Source: Eledone cirrhosa (taxonomy: Eukaryota). From it: a stretch of 64,000 nt of DNA. The translations under genes were made by a program, and so were the position numbers. This document shows, piece after piece, positions 28,553 to 43,868 of the stretch (the first letter of the stretch is position 1; every line of letters begins with the position of its first letter). The notes beneath the pieces are model-generated. The model worked only from the letters and a program-made list of their open reading frames with translations, had not been told where the DNA came from and searched no databases. The stretch is taken from assembly GCA_964016885.1 (NCBI GenBank), contig OZ024757.1, positions 25,606,001 to 25,670,000 on the forward strand, in the 5' to 3' direction.

Positions 28553-29547
28553 TTTGTGTATGGTATTTATCCTTACAATGTGGACGTAATGGATTCTTTC
28601 ATTTTCCATTCTGATTCTGGACTTTTATATATTTCGGTTACGACCATTGTGGAGCTGGACAATGTGGTCAGTTGCTGCTCCACTTCACGTAGTTTTAGGT
28701 GGGGTGCATCACACCTTGCTGCTGTTTAATGTTGCTGTTGTTGTTTTCTCCTTCGTCAGCATTAAAACTAGCTGACCTATGACCAGTCACATTCCAGCCA
28801 TGACCTTCCCTTCTCTGCAGGAACATCTAGAACTACATTATGGGATGTCTTCTTTCGTTGTTTGAGACGCTAGGTTGTGATTTTAGAAAGAATTTAGCTG
28901 CTACTTCTAGCAAGCTATGCGTTCACAACAACAGTCACAACACCATAGCCATCACCACTACCAACAACAACACCCTCACTACCACTACTAACATCAACAC
29001 CTCCATCAACAACAACAACCACAACACCACCAGAACCAACGACAACAATCACAACACCATTAACACAACAACAACCACGACACCCTCACTACCACAACAA
29101 CAACAAAAAACCAACAACACCAGCATCAACAATAACAACACTTTCACTACCACAACTAACAACACCACTACCACTACCTCCAACAACACCCTCACTACCA
29201 TAACACCCTCACTACCACAACTAACAACACCACCACCACCAACAACAACAACACCACCAACAACACCCTCAACACCACTATTAACAACACCACCAACACT
29301 ATCAACAACACACCCAACCCCACAACTAACAACACCACCACCAACAACACCACCAACAACACCCTCAACACCACTATTAACAACACCACCAACACTATCA
29401 ACAACACACCCAACCCCACAACTAACACCACCACCACTAATATTATCGTGGGAGTGTAATAATCTAAAATTAGACACTGATATCTCGGTCATTCGGTGCA
29501 AAGATTCACTTCCGGTTGATGTTACTTCCGACATGTTTGGGTTGTCT

Positions 29548-29623
29548 AGTGATAATAATGACGATAATGATGATGATGATGATGATAATGATGATGATAA
29601 TAACGATGATAATAATGACGATA

Positions 29624-29676
<53 letters not shown>

Positions 29677-29990
29677 AATAACGATGATGACGATGATGAT
29701 GATGATGCTAGTAACGATGATGACGACGCGATAATAATAATGATGATGATGATGATGATGATAATAATGATGATAATAACGATGATGATGATGATGATGA
29801 TGATGATCATGATAATAACGATGATGACGATGATGATGATGATGCTAGTAACGATGATGACGACGCGATAATAATAATGATGATGATGATGATGATGATG
29901 ATGGTGTGATAGTAATGCTGATAATGATGATGATGATGATGATGATGATAATAACGATAATGATGACGACGATGATGATGATGGTGATGT
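29548..29990. repeat. (GAT)n/(AAT)n microsatellite with internal duplication
   Basis: gctagtaacgatgatgacgacgcgataata occurs at about 29707 and about 29844. Confidence 0.85.
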
Positions 29991-30187
29991 CGATGACGTG
30001 AACGCCCGATGTATCTACCTGCTACATGTGACCTGCCGTTTGCACACATCAAATGCAGTTGTTACCGATAACAGAAGCGGGTGGTATGCAACTGCACTGT
30101 GCACCTACTTCATCCGGCAACATATCACTGGTGCAGTAGCAGTATCCGGGTACTTTTCTCTTGTTTGACTATCCAGTGTACATACCG

Positions 30188-30288
<101 letters not shown>

Positions 30289-30301
30289 CATATATATATA
30301 T

Positions 30302-30508
<207 letters not shown>

Positions 30509-30609
30509 TTATATATATATATATACACACCGGTAGAAACATACATACATATATATATGTATGTATGCATACATACCGATAAATACATATATACACACTG
30601 GTAGGAACG

Positions 30610-30659
<50 letters not shown>

Positions 30660-30763
30660 CACACCGGTAGAAACATACATACATATATATGTATGTATGT
30701 ATACATATATATGTAGGTATGTATACATACCGATAAATACATATATACACACTGGTAGGAACG

Positions 30764-30868
<105 letters not shown>

Positions 30869-30947
30869 CGGTAGAAACATACATACATATATATATGTAT
30901 GTATGTATACATACCGATAAATACATATATACAGACTGGTAGGAACG

Positions 30948-31019
<72 letters not shown>

Positions 31020-31394
31020 ATATGTGTGTGTGTGTATACATACCGATAGTTACATATATACATACTGGTAGAAACGTATATACATATATACACATATACA
31101 TACATCTACACATACCAGTAGATACGTACATATATACATCTATACATAGCGATAGATACATTCATATATAACGATATATACACACTGATAGAAACGTATA
31201 CACATACATACATGCCGATAGATACATACATACACACTGATAGAAATGTATACACATATACACACATATATACATGCATACATATATACACACATACATA
31301 CCGATAGACACGAACATACACACATATATACAAATACAATAATATCTATATATCTATATACATACATATATATATATATATATCTTTATACATA

Positions 31395-31470
<76 letters not shown>

Positions 31471-31472
31471 CA

Positions 31473-31569
31473 CAGAGTGTCCCAAAAATGTATACACACT
31501 TTGATTATTTGTACAGGCAATATTTATTAGAATGGTATTGAAGTATGTATACATTTTTGGGGGTCATTC

Positions 31570-31571
<2 letters not shown>
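31473..31571. mobile_element. Tc1/mariner-type MITE (about 100 bp)
   Basis: Imperfect TIRs cagagtgtcccaaaaatgtataca / tgtatacatttttgggggtcattctg, followed by TA. Confidence 0.7.
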
Positions 31572-31605
<34 letters not shown>

Positions 31606-31790
31606 CATCCATACCCACATATAGAAACTAACGCACATATACACACATACGTACGCACAATAACACGTACACACAAACATGTGTATACTCATACACAGTC
31701 ACATGTGTATACATAGATCTCTATATACAGACTAGCAGAAGTCAAACATATGGATATAAATACATACATGAATATATACATACATACGTA

Positions 31791-31844
<54 letters not shown>

Positions 31845-31882
31845 CATGAATATATACATACATACGTATTTGTGTGTGTGTG

Positions 31883-31940
<58 letters not shown>

Positions 31941-32007
31941 CATGAGTATATACATACATACGTATGTGTGTGTATATATATATATATATATATAAATACA
32001 TACATAC

Positions 32008-32042
<35 letters not shown>

Positions 32043-32044
<2 letters not shown>

Positions 32045-32234
32045 CGTTATTCCGGGTTGAATCGGAGGTAACCACAGTAAGTAAGGTACTCAATACATAG
32101 CAGAGTATAAAAGTTTTAATATAGATGAGATTCTACAGGACTAGAACTGTTTCATTCATTAGAAATCATCAGAATTCCTGATGATTTCTAATGAATGAAA
32201 CAGTTCTAGTCCTGTAGAATCTCATCTATATTAA

Positions 32235-32238
<4 letters not shown>
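32043..32238. mobile_element. Family A foldback with two inverted HHR cores
   Basis: Arms 32112-32172 and 32178-32238. Plus-strand HHR at 32174-32220 (stem I attc/gaat). Confidence 0.9.
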
Positions 32239-32275
<37 letters not shown>

Positions 32276-32680
32276 CATACATATATGTATATATATGATG
32301 GCTGCCCCCTCGTTATCGAGTATGGCCATATCGAGTATGTATATATATATACACACATACATACATATACACACACATATATATATACACACATAATATG
32401 TACATATGTTTGTGTGTGTGTATGTGTGCGAGTGTGTATGTATATATATATATGTGTGTGTGTATGTATAAATGTATGTGTATATATACATACATAATAT
32501 GTACATATATATATATACACATACATTTATACATACACACACACATATATACATACATAAACACTCGCACACATACACACACACAAACATACATATAGAC
32601 AGACAAACACGCGCACACACACATACACACATTCATACATACATATATACACATATATACATATAGACAAACACACACAA

Positions 32681-32718
<38 letters not shown>

Positions 32719-32818
32719 TGTCTCTTTTACTTGATTTCGAGTTTATTTTTGACCAGCCACCTTCTCGGCGGCAAGGTTGTGTAGAAAAGGAAATTTCCGT
32801 CCTCCCTTGTGCAATCGT

Positions 32819-32980
32819 TCATCCTTTAAATCTCAAGAATGTTTTACAGGTGTTGAAAGTTCTATATATCATGGCTATTTGTAGCTTATGTATTAAGGAG
32901 CTGCGTTCTTTCGTTAAGAATCCATGTTCAGTCATGATTTGGTCCAGGTGGGTAGATATATATCTTGCAGCCCCAATAAT
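32819..32980 (-). pseudogene. C-terminus of a REL-endonuclease (R4/Dong/CRE-like) non-LTR element
   Basis: IIGAARYISTHL...GF...LIHKLQ...TCKTFLRF resembles the 'IIGALG...KLQ...T.KICKTFL' tail of such elements. Confidence 0.55.
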
Positions 32981-33959
32981 AACAATGATTTCTACTTTAG
33001 GCACTCAAGGCCAGCAATTTTCGGAGGAGGCGAAAGTCGATTAAATCTACTCCAGTGCACTACTGGTGCTTTATTTTATCGACCCCGTAAGGGTGATAGG
33101 CAAATCTAAACTTAACAATAGAAAATATCTTTTAAGTTAATTCAAACCTGATACTTTTCGCTATTAAGACCCATATCCATTTTGAGGGAGATATGTCATT
33201 TTGTCTGTACTAGTTGCTGAATGTGTAGAATTGCTGAAGCAATCTGAATTTGAAAGAACTAGCTGTAAGGCCGACATATGACAAAGCTAACAATGTTGGA
33301 ATGGGGCATAGCGAGGTTTAGTTTAGATTGATATGAGTTAGTAAAGGATCGCACAAACTCTAGTTTTGTAGAATAGGAACATTTCATGTCGCTTTTTAAA
33401 GTTATATTTTAGTACTTATGTTCTGAGGATACTCATACACACACACACACACACACACACATATATTTATATATCATATGAGAGAGAGAGAGAGGGGGGA
33501 GACAGACAGACTTATACACATACACATGTACACATATGTATGTTAGGTATTTAGATCAGCTATGTAGATCAATGGTATGGTACCATCACGACAATGGTGT
33601 CTCTGGCGTTCCATTTCAAATGTACTAAAGCTGCAGCTGTTGTCCTACCATCGTCATTTACTTTAATCTCTCCGGCTTCAATCAATTGATATATATGTAT
33701 ATATGTATGTGTGTGTATGTATGTTCTTCTGGTTTTATAATTTCACAAAATTTTACCAATAGAGAGAGAGTCGGTTTCTAACATAGTTACAAGACTCTCT
33801 CATTGGAATTTAGACAACATCAACTAGGTAGATATGTATGCATGTCTGCATGCATGTGTGTGCAGGTATGGATGTTATTGTATGCGTGGATGTGTATGTT
33901 TTGAGTTGTATGTATGCATGTGCATACGCTTTGTGTCTGTACATGTGTATATGCAATTA

Positions 33960-34200
33960 TTAGATGCAAAACTTTGGAATGTTTTTCCATATTTTTACTG
34001 GCCCATTAATGGATTGTACTTGTAATTTCCTAACTAGTTGTTCTTTCTGTTTCTGTGAAGCCCAGCTTCTCAAGATTTGTATTGAGGCAGTTACTAAGAG
34101 ATCCCAGTCCCCCTTTAATAAGTTGAACACCCAACGATTGCACAAATTTAAGTCGATACTATAGGGTGATTGTTTGATCATTGCCATTCTTCTCCTCTGG
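33960..34200 (-). pseudogene. Mariner transposase C-terminal fragment
   Basis: KQSPYSIDLNLCNRWVFNLLK resembles the conserved P-YSPDL-x-x-D-x-W/F-x-F-x-x-LK motif. Confidence 0.65.
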
Positions 34201-34415
34201 AAAAAAATCTTCTCTGGATTGAGCAGTTCGATGCCCGTATTATAAACTCACAAGAATTACAGCAAAACAATTATGCATAGGCCTTTGACAAAATACACCC
34301 TTCATACAGAATATCACACGTGTACAACAAAGTTTAAATTAAACTAATATTAACTACATTTACTGCTATATACTGCACACAGCCTACTATTCTAAAGACT
34401 TTATTGCCATGCCAA

Positions 34416-34534
<119 letters not shown>

Positions 34535-34574
34535 TACAAATATTAATAAAATAGATGTTCTTTTGATCAATTAC

Positions 34575-34627
34575 ATTTTATTATACATATTTCGGAGGTA
34601 CAACAGTACGTCCTCATCAGACAAAAT
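34575..34627 (-). ncRNA. Type I hammerhead ribozyme motif
   Basis: Minus strand reads attttgt-CTGATGA-ggacgtactgttgtacctcc-GAAA-tatgt-ATA-ataaaat, with the canonical G10.1-C11.1 pair. Confidence 0.85.
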
Positions 34628-34730
34628 ATATGATATACATGACATGATATACCCTGAGATGTTAAATGGTTAAGATTTAATCAAGGTAGTAAAACTCATT
34701 CTTTGATATACTCATTGAATCTTGTTTAAC

Positions 34731-34790
<60 letters not shown>

Positions 34791-34796
<6 letters not shown>

Positions 34797-34990
34797 ATAC
34801 TTGGGGAGGGTCATATTGTTATAATATTGCCAGAAATAATAACAGAACACACTCACAGAAGCGAAAACCAACCCAAACCAAACAGTGAGTGTCTTCTGTT
34901 ATTATTTCTGGCAATATTATAACAATATGACCCTCCCCAAGTATAACAATATTTGTTTCGACACACGATTTCTTATCAAAAACCTTGCAA

Positions 34991-34996
<6 letters not shown>
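34791..34996. mobile_element. Family C foldback (arms 34791-34856 / 34885-34950, plus tail)
   Basis: ttgttatacttggggagggtcatattg.../...caatatgaccctccccaagtataacaa. Related pieces are at 5617-5655, 47905-48020 and 62370-62445. Confidence 0.85.
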
Positions 34997-35027
<31 letters not shown>

Positions 35028-35031
<4 letters not shown>

Positions 35032-35212
35032 GTTTCTACTTTTGGCACAAGGCCAGCAATTACCCAGTACATTACTGGTACTTTATTTTATCGACCCCGT
35101 AAGGATGAAAGGCAAAGTCAACCTCGGCGGGATTTGAACTCAGATCGTAAAGGGATGTAACTATGCTGGAAAGCATGGCGTCCGACCCTCTACCGATACT
35201 GCCAATCCACCG
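35028..35212 (-). mobile_element. SINE S1
   Basis: Reverse complement of the 59712-59907 copy. Confidence 0.8.
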
Positions 35213-35429
35213 AATGGAGGATATATATGGCTACACACAATAGAATACGTGGCTCTACCTTGTATTCAGGGAGTAGGGACGAATGTCGCAAAGCATTCTA
35301 TCCGTCCACTGTATCTGTGTCATGCTAGTGTGTCAGTGGTGTGTCACAGCTATGTGTGTGCTATGTCACGTCATTGTATCTGTACTGTGTGACGGGTCTG
35401 TGTCTGTGGCGTGTCTGTCGCAGCTATTG

Positions 35430-36488
35430 TGTGTCTGTGCTATGTCACATCTGTGTGTCTGTGCTATGTCACGGCTGTGTGTCTGTGCTATGTCACATCT
35501 GTGTGTCTGTGTTATGTCACATCTGTGTGTCTGTGCTATGTCACAGCTGTGTGTCTGTGCTATGTCACAGCTGTGTGTCTGTGCTATGTCACAGCTGTGT
35601 GTCTGTGCTATGTCACAGCTGTGTGTCTGTGCTATGTCACAGCTGTGTGTCTGTGCTATGTCACATCTGTGTGTCTGTGCTATGTCACAGCTGTGTGTCT
35701 GTGCTATGTCACATCTGTGTGTCTGTGCTATTTCACATCTGTGTGTCTGTGCTATGTCACAGCTGTGTGTCTGTGCTATGTCACATCTGTGTGTCTGTGC
35801 TATGTCACGGCTGTGTGTCTGTGCTATGTCACGGCTGTGTGTCTGTGCTATGTCACGGCTGTGTGTCTGTTCTATGTCACATCTGTGTGTCTGTGCTATG
35901 TCACAGCTGTGTGTCTGTGCTATGTCACAGCTGTGTGTCTGTGCTATGTCACAGCTGTGTGTCTGTGCTATGTCACATCTGTGTGCCTGTGCTATATCAC
36001 GGCTGTGTGTCTGTGCTATGTCACAGCTGTGTGTCTGTGCTATGTCACAGCTGTGTGTCTGTGCTATGTCACAGCTGTGTGTCTGTGTTATGTCACAGCT
36101 GTGTGTCTGTGCTATGTCACATCTGTGTGTCTGTGCTATGTCACATCTGTGTGTCTGTGATGTGTCACGGCTGTGTGTCTGTGCTATATCACAGCTGTGT
36201 GTTTGTGCTATGTCACAGCTGTGTGTCTGTGATGTGTCACGGCTGTGTGTCTGTGCTATGTCACGGCTGTGTATCTATGCTATGTCACAGCTGTGTGTCT
36301 GTGCTATGCCACAGCTGTGTGTCTGTGCTATGTCACAGCTGTGTGTCTGTGTTATGTCACATCTGTGTGTCTGTGATGTGTCACGGCTGTGTGTCTGTGC
36401 TATATCACAGCTGTGTGTCTGTGCTATGTCACATCTGTGTGCCTGTGCTGTGACACAGCTGTGTGTCTGTGATGTGTCACAGCTGTGT
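35430..36488. repeat. 24-bp minisatellite, about 44 copies
   Basis: Unit ctgtgtgtctgtgctatgtcacag, giving 8-aa periodic ORFs. Confidence 0.95.
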
Positions 36489-36733
36489 ACTGTACCGATA
36501 TTGCTGCAATGTATTCTATTTTGACGTCTCTATACAACATTACAAAACAGCAACAATATATATATATATATATGTATGTATATATATATGTATATATATA
36601 TGTATGTATGTATGTATGTATATATATGTATGTATCTATGTATGTATATATATATGTATTATGTATGTATATATATATATATATATGTGTATGTATGTAT
36701 GTATGTATATGTATGTATATATATATATATATG

Positions 36734-36766
<33 letters not shown>

Positions 36767-36773
36767 TTATATA

Positions 36774-36817
<44 letters not shown>

Positions 36818-36824
36818 TACATAC

Positions 36825-36871
<47 letters not shown>

Positions 36872-36882
36872 TACATACATAC

Positions 36883-37023
<141 letters not shown>

Positions 37024-39316
37024 AAAGACGAACCAAACCGAAATAAGAGATACAGAAGAGACAGTAAACAAAAGACAGAGAGAGAGGGGGGAGAGAGAGT
37101 GTGTATGGGAAATATATTGAAAGAATGTGTGTGTTGTTTGGTGTGTGAATGTCGTATATGTGTGTATGAGTGTGTGTTTTGTGTGCCTATGTGTCTGTAA
37201 GTGTGTGTGTTGTGTGTATATGTATGTGTGTTTTAAGTGTCTGTGTGAGTTTTGTGTGTATGTGTGTGTGTGACTTTTGCGTCTGTGTATATGTGTGTGA
37301 GTGTGTGTGTGAGTATATGTGTCTGTATGTGTATGTGCGTGTAAGTGTGTATATGTGTCTGTATGTGTATGTGTGTGTAAGTGTGTATATGTGTTTGTAT
37401 GTGTATGTGTGTGTGTGTGTATGTGTGTGTGTTAATGTATGTGTGTATATGTTTCTGTATGTGTGTGTTAATGTATGTGTGTATATGTGTCTGTATGTCT
37501 GTGTGTATGTGTTTGTGTGTACATATGTGTATACGTGTCTGTATGTCTGTGTATGTGTATATGTGTCTGTATGTGTGTGGGTGTATGTGTCTGTATGTGT
37601 GTGTAAGTGTCTGTGTGTGTTAATGTATGTGTGTATATGTGTCTGTATGTGTGTGTGTGTGTGTGTGTTTAAGAGACTGGGTGAGAAAGAAATAGGTCAC
37701 CCTGATAAATAAAGCGGTAGAAAGAAGACATTGGGAGGAGAAGGGGAGGAGGGATGATGGTATTGATTATGTGGGGGCGGTGACGGTGTATGGGGGGAGG
37801 GAGAGGTTGGGGGGGATTATATTGATCAGAATCAGATCAGATCGTGAGGAGAAAGAAGATGAAAGAGAGAGGAAGAAGAGAGATGAAGATGAGGAAGAGG
37901 GGTGAGAGGAGGAGAGAGAGAGATGAAGATGAGGAAAGAGAGAGGAAGAAGAAGAGAAAGAGAGAAGGGAAGAGAGAGAGAAAAAAGAAAGAGCAAGATG
38001 AGAGAAAGAAGGAGAGTGGCAAGATGAGAGAGAAAAAGAGGAGAGAGACAGACAGACAAACAGGCAGATAGATAGAGAGAAGAGGGAGGGAGAGAGAGAG
38101 AGAAGACGAAGAGGGAGAGAGAGAGAGAAGACGGAGAGAGGGAGAGATGAAGAGGGTGAGTGAGGGGGAGAAAGAGGGTGATAGAGAAGGGGGAGAGAGA
38201 TGAAGAGGGGGAGAGTCAGACAGACAGGCAGGCAGACAGAGAGAGATGAAAAGGGAGAGTGAGAGTGAGACAGAGAGAGAGAGAGAGAAGATAGTGAGAT
38301 GGAGAGGGAGAGAGAGAGAGAGAGAGAGTAGAGGCATGAAGATGAATGAGTCTCAGCTGTTGAGTGATCACACGAACAAGTAGACTAATCGATAGATGAG
38401 GTCATTGGCGAACGATCACTGTTGCGATCAAAAAGCGACCATCTGTAGAAACATTGATATCGATCAGCATGGAGAGGCGACGGCGGCGGTGGTAGTAGTG
38501 GTGATGTTGGTGGTGGTGGTGGTGGTGGTGGTGGTAGTGATGTTGGTGATGGTGGTGGTGGTGGTGGTGGTGGTGGTGGTGGTGATGTTGGTGATGGTGG
38601 TGGTGGTGGTGGTGATGTTGGTGATGGTGGTGGTGGTGGTGATGTTGGTGATGGTGGTGGTGGTGGTGATGTTGGTGATGTTGGTGGTGGTGGTGGTGGT
38701 GGTGGTGATGTTGGTGGTGGTGGTGGCGTTGATGGTGATGTTGGTGGCGGTGACGGTGGTGTTGGTGGTGATGTTGGTGATGGTGGTGGTGGTGGTGGTG
38801 GTGGTGGTGGTGATGTTGGTGGCGGCGGTGGTGGTAGTGGTGGTGGTGGTGGTGGTGGTGGTAGTGATGTTGGTGGTGGTGGTGGCGTTGATGGTGATGT
38901 TGGTGACGGTGGTGTTGGTGGCGGTGACGGTGGTGTTGATGGTGATGTTGGTGGCGGCGGTGGTGGTGGTGGTGGTGGTAGTGATATTGGTGGTGGTGTT
39001 GATGGTGGTGTTGGTGGCGGTGACGGTGATGTTGGTGGCGCCGGTGGTAGTGATGGAGACGGCGGCGACGCTGTACTGTATTGAATTCAGCGGGTAATCA
39101 TCAAAGGAATTCGCCATGTTTGTTTTTTTAAATAGTTTAGGGTGTAATTCAGTTACACCCTCCCCCTCATACACACAACATACAGCCACCACCCCCACTC
39201 TCACACACACACACACATCCACACACACACACAACCACCCAGTCAGTGGTTATTATAGGAGACCATCTTTATAAAGGTTATAACTATATATACAGGGTAT
39301 AACTGTGTATATATAG

Positions 39317-39368
<52 letters not shown>

Positions 39369-39616
39369 GGTTTAACTGTGTATATATAGTTGTACATACA
39401 GTATATATATATATATATATACAGGGTGTAATTGTGTATATACAGGGTGTAACTATCGATATATAGCGATATATAGCGATATATATATATATTTAGGGTA
39501 TAACTACCTATATATAGCTATATATATATATATATATACAGGGTATAACTGTGTATATGTAGCTATATATATACAGGGTGTAACTATGTATATATATAGC
39601 TGTGTGTGAACTAAAT

Positions 39617-39649
<33 letters not shown>

Positions 39650-39653
<4 letters not shown>

Positions 39654-39831
39654 AACGATCGACTTTCGTCAAATCGGACCGATGGAACAATGTTTCCGTT
39701 GGTTTTTCCAATTGCTAATACTATCTATCGGTCGCAACTCCAGGTAGAAGGAGCAACGTGAAATAAAGAGTCTTGCTCAAGGACATAACGCATCGCCTGG
39801 TCCAGGAATCGAACTCACAACCTTACGATTG

Positions 39832-39833
<2 letters not shown>
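39650..39833 (-). mobile_element. tRNA-derived SINE (family S2)
   Basis: Reverse complement of 53973-54187; contains gagttcgattcc and tgtccttgagcaagac. Confidence 0.75.
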
Positions 39834-39912
<79 letters not shown>

Positions 39913-40077
39913 CAAACATACATGCATACACACACACATATATACGCACATACATACATACATGTAAATCTACATGAACATACATCTTGCTGTGGGGCTT
40001 TTTTAGCTCTTGGGTCCCGGAACAAAATACCGGCTGGACCTCCTCTCATAGACCCTGTACGTACGTACAAACATACA

Positions 40078-40108
<31 letters not shown>

Positions 40109-40132
40109 ATTTTTTACACACACACACACGCG

Positions 40133-40181
<49 letters not shown>

Positions 40182-40295
40182 AAACACACAAACACACGCA
40201 CACGCACACGCACACACACACACGCACACACACACACACACACACATACACACACACACACACACACATACACACACACACACACACACACAAAC

Positions 40296-40388
<93 letters not shown>

Positions 40389-40765
40389 TATACACAATAT
40401 GTACGGGTTGTAACTGTACATCCTATATATATACAGTCTGTGTAAGTGGTGAATTAAAACGTCTGGTAGAATGAACGGTTTGTTGTAGTCGTTACGGCTT
40501 TCTGCACTCAGAGTTTAAACCCTGCCAGAGTCGACTTTGTCTTTCATCCTTTCCAGGTCAATAAAATTATGAATTCCAGCTCAGTCTTGGAGTCGATTCT
40601 TCCTCTATATATCTTTTTTATTCTTTTTCTTACTTTCTCTCTATCATCTATCACTCTCTATCTTTCATTCACTGAAAGAATTCGTCTGTATTCAGAGCTA
40701 GAGAGTGGATGAGATCCACCGGATTCGACTGTATTCAGAGCTTGAAAAGGGGGGGGGGGGGGGCT

Positions 40766-41066
40766 GAGATCTGTCGAATTTAGCTGTGTATAGCTCGAGA
40801 GAGGGGATGAGATCTGTCGAATTTAGCTGTGTATAGCTCGAGAGAGGGGATGAGATCTGTCGAATTTAGCTGTTTATAGCTAGAGAGAGGGTGAGATCTG
40901 TCGAATTTAGCTGTTTATAGCTAGAGAGGGGATGAGATCTGTCGAATTTAGCTGTCTATAGCTAGAGAGGGGATGAGATCTGTCGAATTTGGCTGTGTCT
41001 ATAGCTAGAGAGGGGGTGAGATCTGTCGAATTTGGCTGTGTCTATAGCTAGAGAGGGGGTGAGATC
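40766..41066. repeat. About 40-43-bp minisatellite, about 7 copies
   Basis: Unit gagatctgtcgaatttagctgtgtatagctagagagggg. Confidence 0.9.
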
Positions 41067-41877
41067 CGCCAAGTTTCATTTCCAGAAGACTTACTATATG
41101 TCACCCTGACTTGTGATTGTAAGTCGAACACCTTAACCACTAGGCCACGCACCTACCCCTTAAGTGTGGAGGTGGGGAGAGAATAAGAAGGAAAATGGAG
41201 GATTATTGATCTGTGAGTGAAAGTAGGTTAGGGTCAGTGGGTTCGTAAACAGCTTATCAATAATTATACATGTGTTATTGCGAACTGAAAATGTGGGCTT
41301 ATTGTAGATTATCCATGCAATTCATAGATAAAAACTCCCTATATAGAGCCTGAATTATACCTTCTACCTCGTACACATAACTAGGACATGGTTAGCTACA
41401 GTATGAATGCATTATATGCAATATATATTTATGTATATCTATGTATGTATGTATAATATCTACACTGTATATAGAACTGAGACAAAATCCTATATCTCAT
41501 ATACATAATAAGAACATGGGTATAGAATGTGAAACTTCAGCATGCATGTATAATATATATACACACTGCACACAGAGGCGTATCTAGGGTATGTTAATAA
41601 TTGCACGTGCCATAGGAGCCACATGAAAGGGGGCGCTACCTGGACTAGGAGCACGTTCTATTAAAGTCAGATAAGGTGTTGTCAGAGAATGAAAAAAGAA
41701 ACTTCTTCAGATATATGATCTGTCTTTGATTATCATGGGTGAGAAACACTATGGTGGCTGGATCATTAAACCATTTATATAAATGATTAGGCCTCCATAG
41801 GTAAAAATACAGTGCTGGGAACTACATGATTACTGAGGCATACCTCATAGTATGACTGGTCAAATATTTTAATAGGG

Positions 41878-42170
41878 TTTTAATATTTGTCAAAGATCAG
41901 TATTACACAGATCACTCCCTTTAATATTTGTCAAAGATCAGTATTACACAGATCTCTCCCTTTAATATTTGTCAAAGATCAGTATTACACAGATCTCTCC
42001 CTTTAATATTTGTCAAAGATCAGTATTACACAGATCTCTCCCTTTAATATTTGTCAAAGATCAGTATTACACAGATCTCTCCCTTTAATATTTGTCAAAG
42101 ATCAATATTACACAGATCTCTCCCTTTAATATTTGTCAAAGATCAATATTACACAGATCATTCCCTTTAA
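41878..42170. repeat. 41-bp minisatellite, about 7 copies
   Basis: Unit tttaatatttgtcaaagatcagtattacacagatctctccc. Confidence 0.95.
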
Positions 42171-42743
42171 ACACACTAACACTTTTGCCAATACTTTACA
42201 TATACTTAAATACCCTAAACCCTCATTTATTTAAACTGTGCCGTCAATACCAATGTCTAACAACTACTATATAGCTTGCTACATGGGCAGGGGTGCAATT
42301 TCAATGTTTGCCATAGGCACTATTTTCCCTTGTTAAACCTATGACTGCATATAGAACATGAATCTATACTCTGTACCTAATATACACAAAGAGAACATGT
42401 GTATAGAATATATGGATACACCCTGTATATGAAGGATGTATGTATAGACCCGTAACTACTTGTGGAGTCATAGAAGCACCGTAGTGACATACAGTGTGTC
42501 TTGAACACTTGAAAGACAATAAACAAGGGACATAACTCCCATATGATCAGCTAACCGAAATTACTGGAACAAAGACGATGACGATGGAAGTGAAACGTGT
42601 CCTTAAAGCTTCCCGGTGAAAGAAACAGACAGGGTTTTTTTCAGCGTAGAATATTCTACGCTGTTGGAAAGACTTAGCAGTCATCACCACCGCTACCACC
42701 ATGCCACACCATCGCCGTCGCCACTATCACTGTAATCACCACC

Positions 42744-42779
<36 letters not shown>

Positions 42780-42784
42780 ATATA

Positions 42785-42833
<49 letters not shown>

Positions 42834-42864
42834 ATATATATATGTGTGTGTGTGTATATATATA

Positions 42865-42913
<49 letters not shown>

Positions 42914-43016
42914 ATATATATATGTGTGTGTGTGTGTATATATATGTGTGTGTGTATGTATATGTATATATATATATATATGTGTGTGTGTTTGTGTGTA
43001 TGTATATATATATATA

Positions 43017-43063
<47 letters not shown>

Positions 43064-43080
43064 ATATATATGTGTGTGTG

Positions 43081-43111
<31 letters not shown>

Positions 43112-43128
43112 ATATATATATGTGTGTG

Positions 43129-43167
<39 letters not shown>

Positions 43168-43192
43168 TTGTGTGTATGTATATATATATATA

Positions 43193-43239
<47 letters not shown>

Positions 43240-43256
43240 ATATATATGTGTGTGTG

Positions 43257-43287
<31 letters not shown>

Positions 43288-43294
43288 ATATATA

Positions 43295-43343
<49 letters not shown>

Positions 43344-43728
43344 TTGTGTGTATGTATATATATATATATATGTGTGTGTGGATGTATGTATATATATATA
43401 TGTGTGTGTATGTATATATATGTATGTATATATATATGTGTGTGCGTACGTTTCTTTTTATCATCCCTCAGCACAGCTGAATGCAGCTCAGCGGACCTCC
43501 TTCTCCAACTCCTTCTTTCTTTCTCTCCCTCTCCCTTTCTCTCTCTCTCTCTCTTTCTCTCTACAACTACTCAAATACTCTCACTCTCACACACACACAC
43601 ACACACACATAGATACACACATACACACATCGTGTTTAACGTACAGGAAGCAGGTAACACCAAGAAAGAAGCACCTGGGCTTCACTCTACAAGAAAGAAA
43701 TCTATGCTAATCAGGTTGTCTATTAAAA

Positions 43729-43868
43729 TGACGTCATCGCTCTTACGTCACAGTTTACGTCACGCTCCGCCGCCGCTGACGCCCACGCCGCCGCACGCGA
43801 GACACAATCTTGCCTGTATTGTTCGTTGAGATTTCCTAAGTCTTCATTTCCACTTGGCCGCCATATTG
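43729..43868. promoter_or_regulatory. Cluster of CRE/ATF-like sites, a GC-rich patch and a YY1-like motif
   Basis: TGACGTCA at 43729, TTACGTCA at 43743 and 43755, TGACG at 43777, GCCGCCATATT at 43857. Locally CpG-rich. Confidence 0.4.

Noticed and set aside
29990-30185. Possible host exon in a unique-looking island (also 38340-38480 and 13900-14300)
   Set aside because: No recognisable protein motif or convincing splice pair. It cannot be supported without transcript data.
35283-36524. Cys-rich, metallothionein-like repeat ORFs
   Set aside because: A 24-bp TG-rich minisatellite open in all three plus frames.
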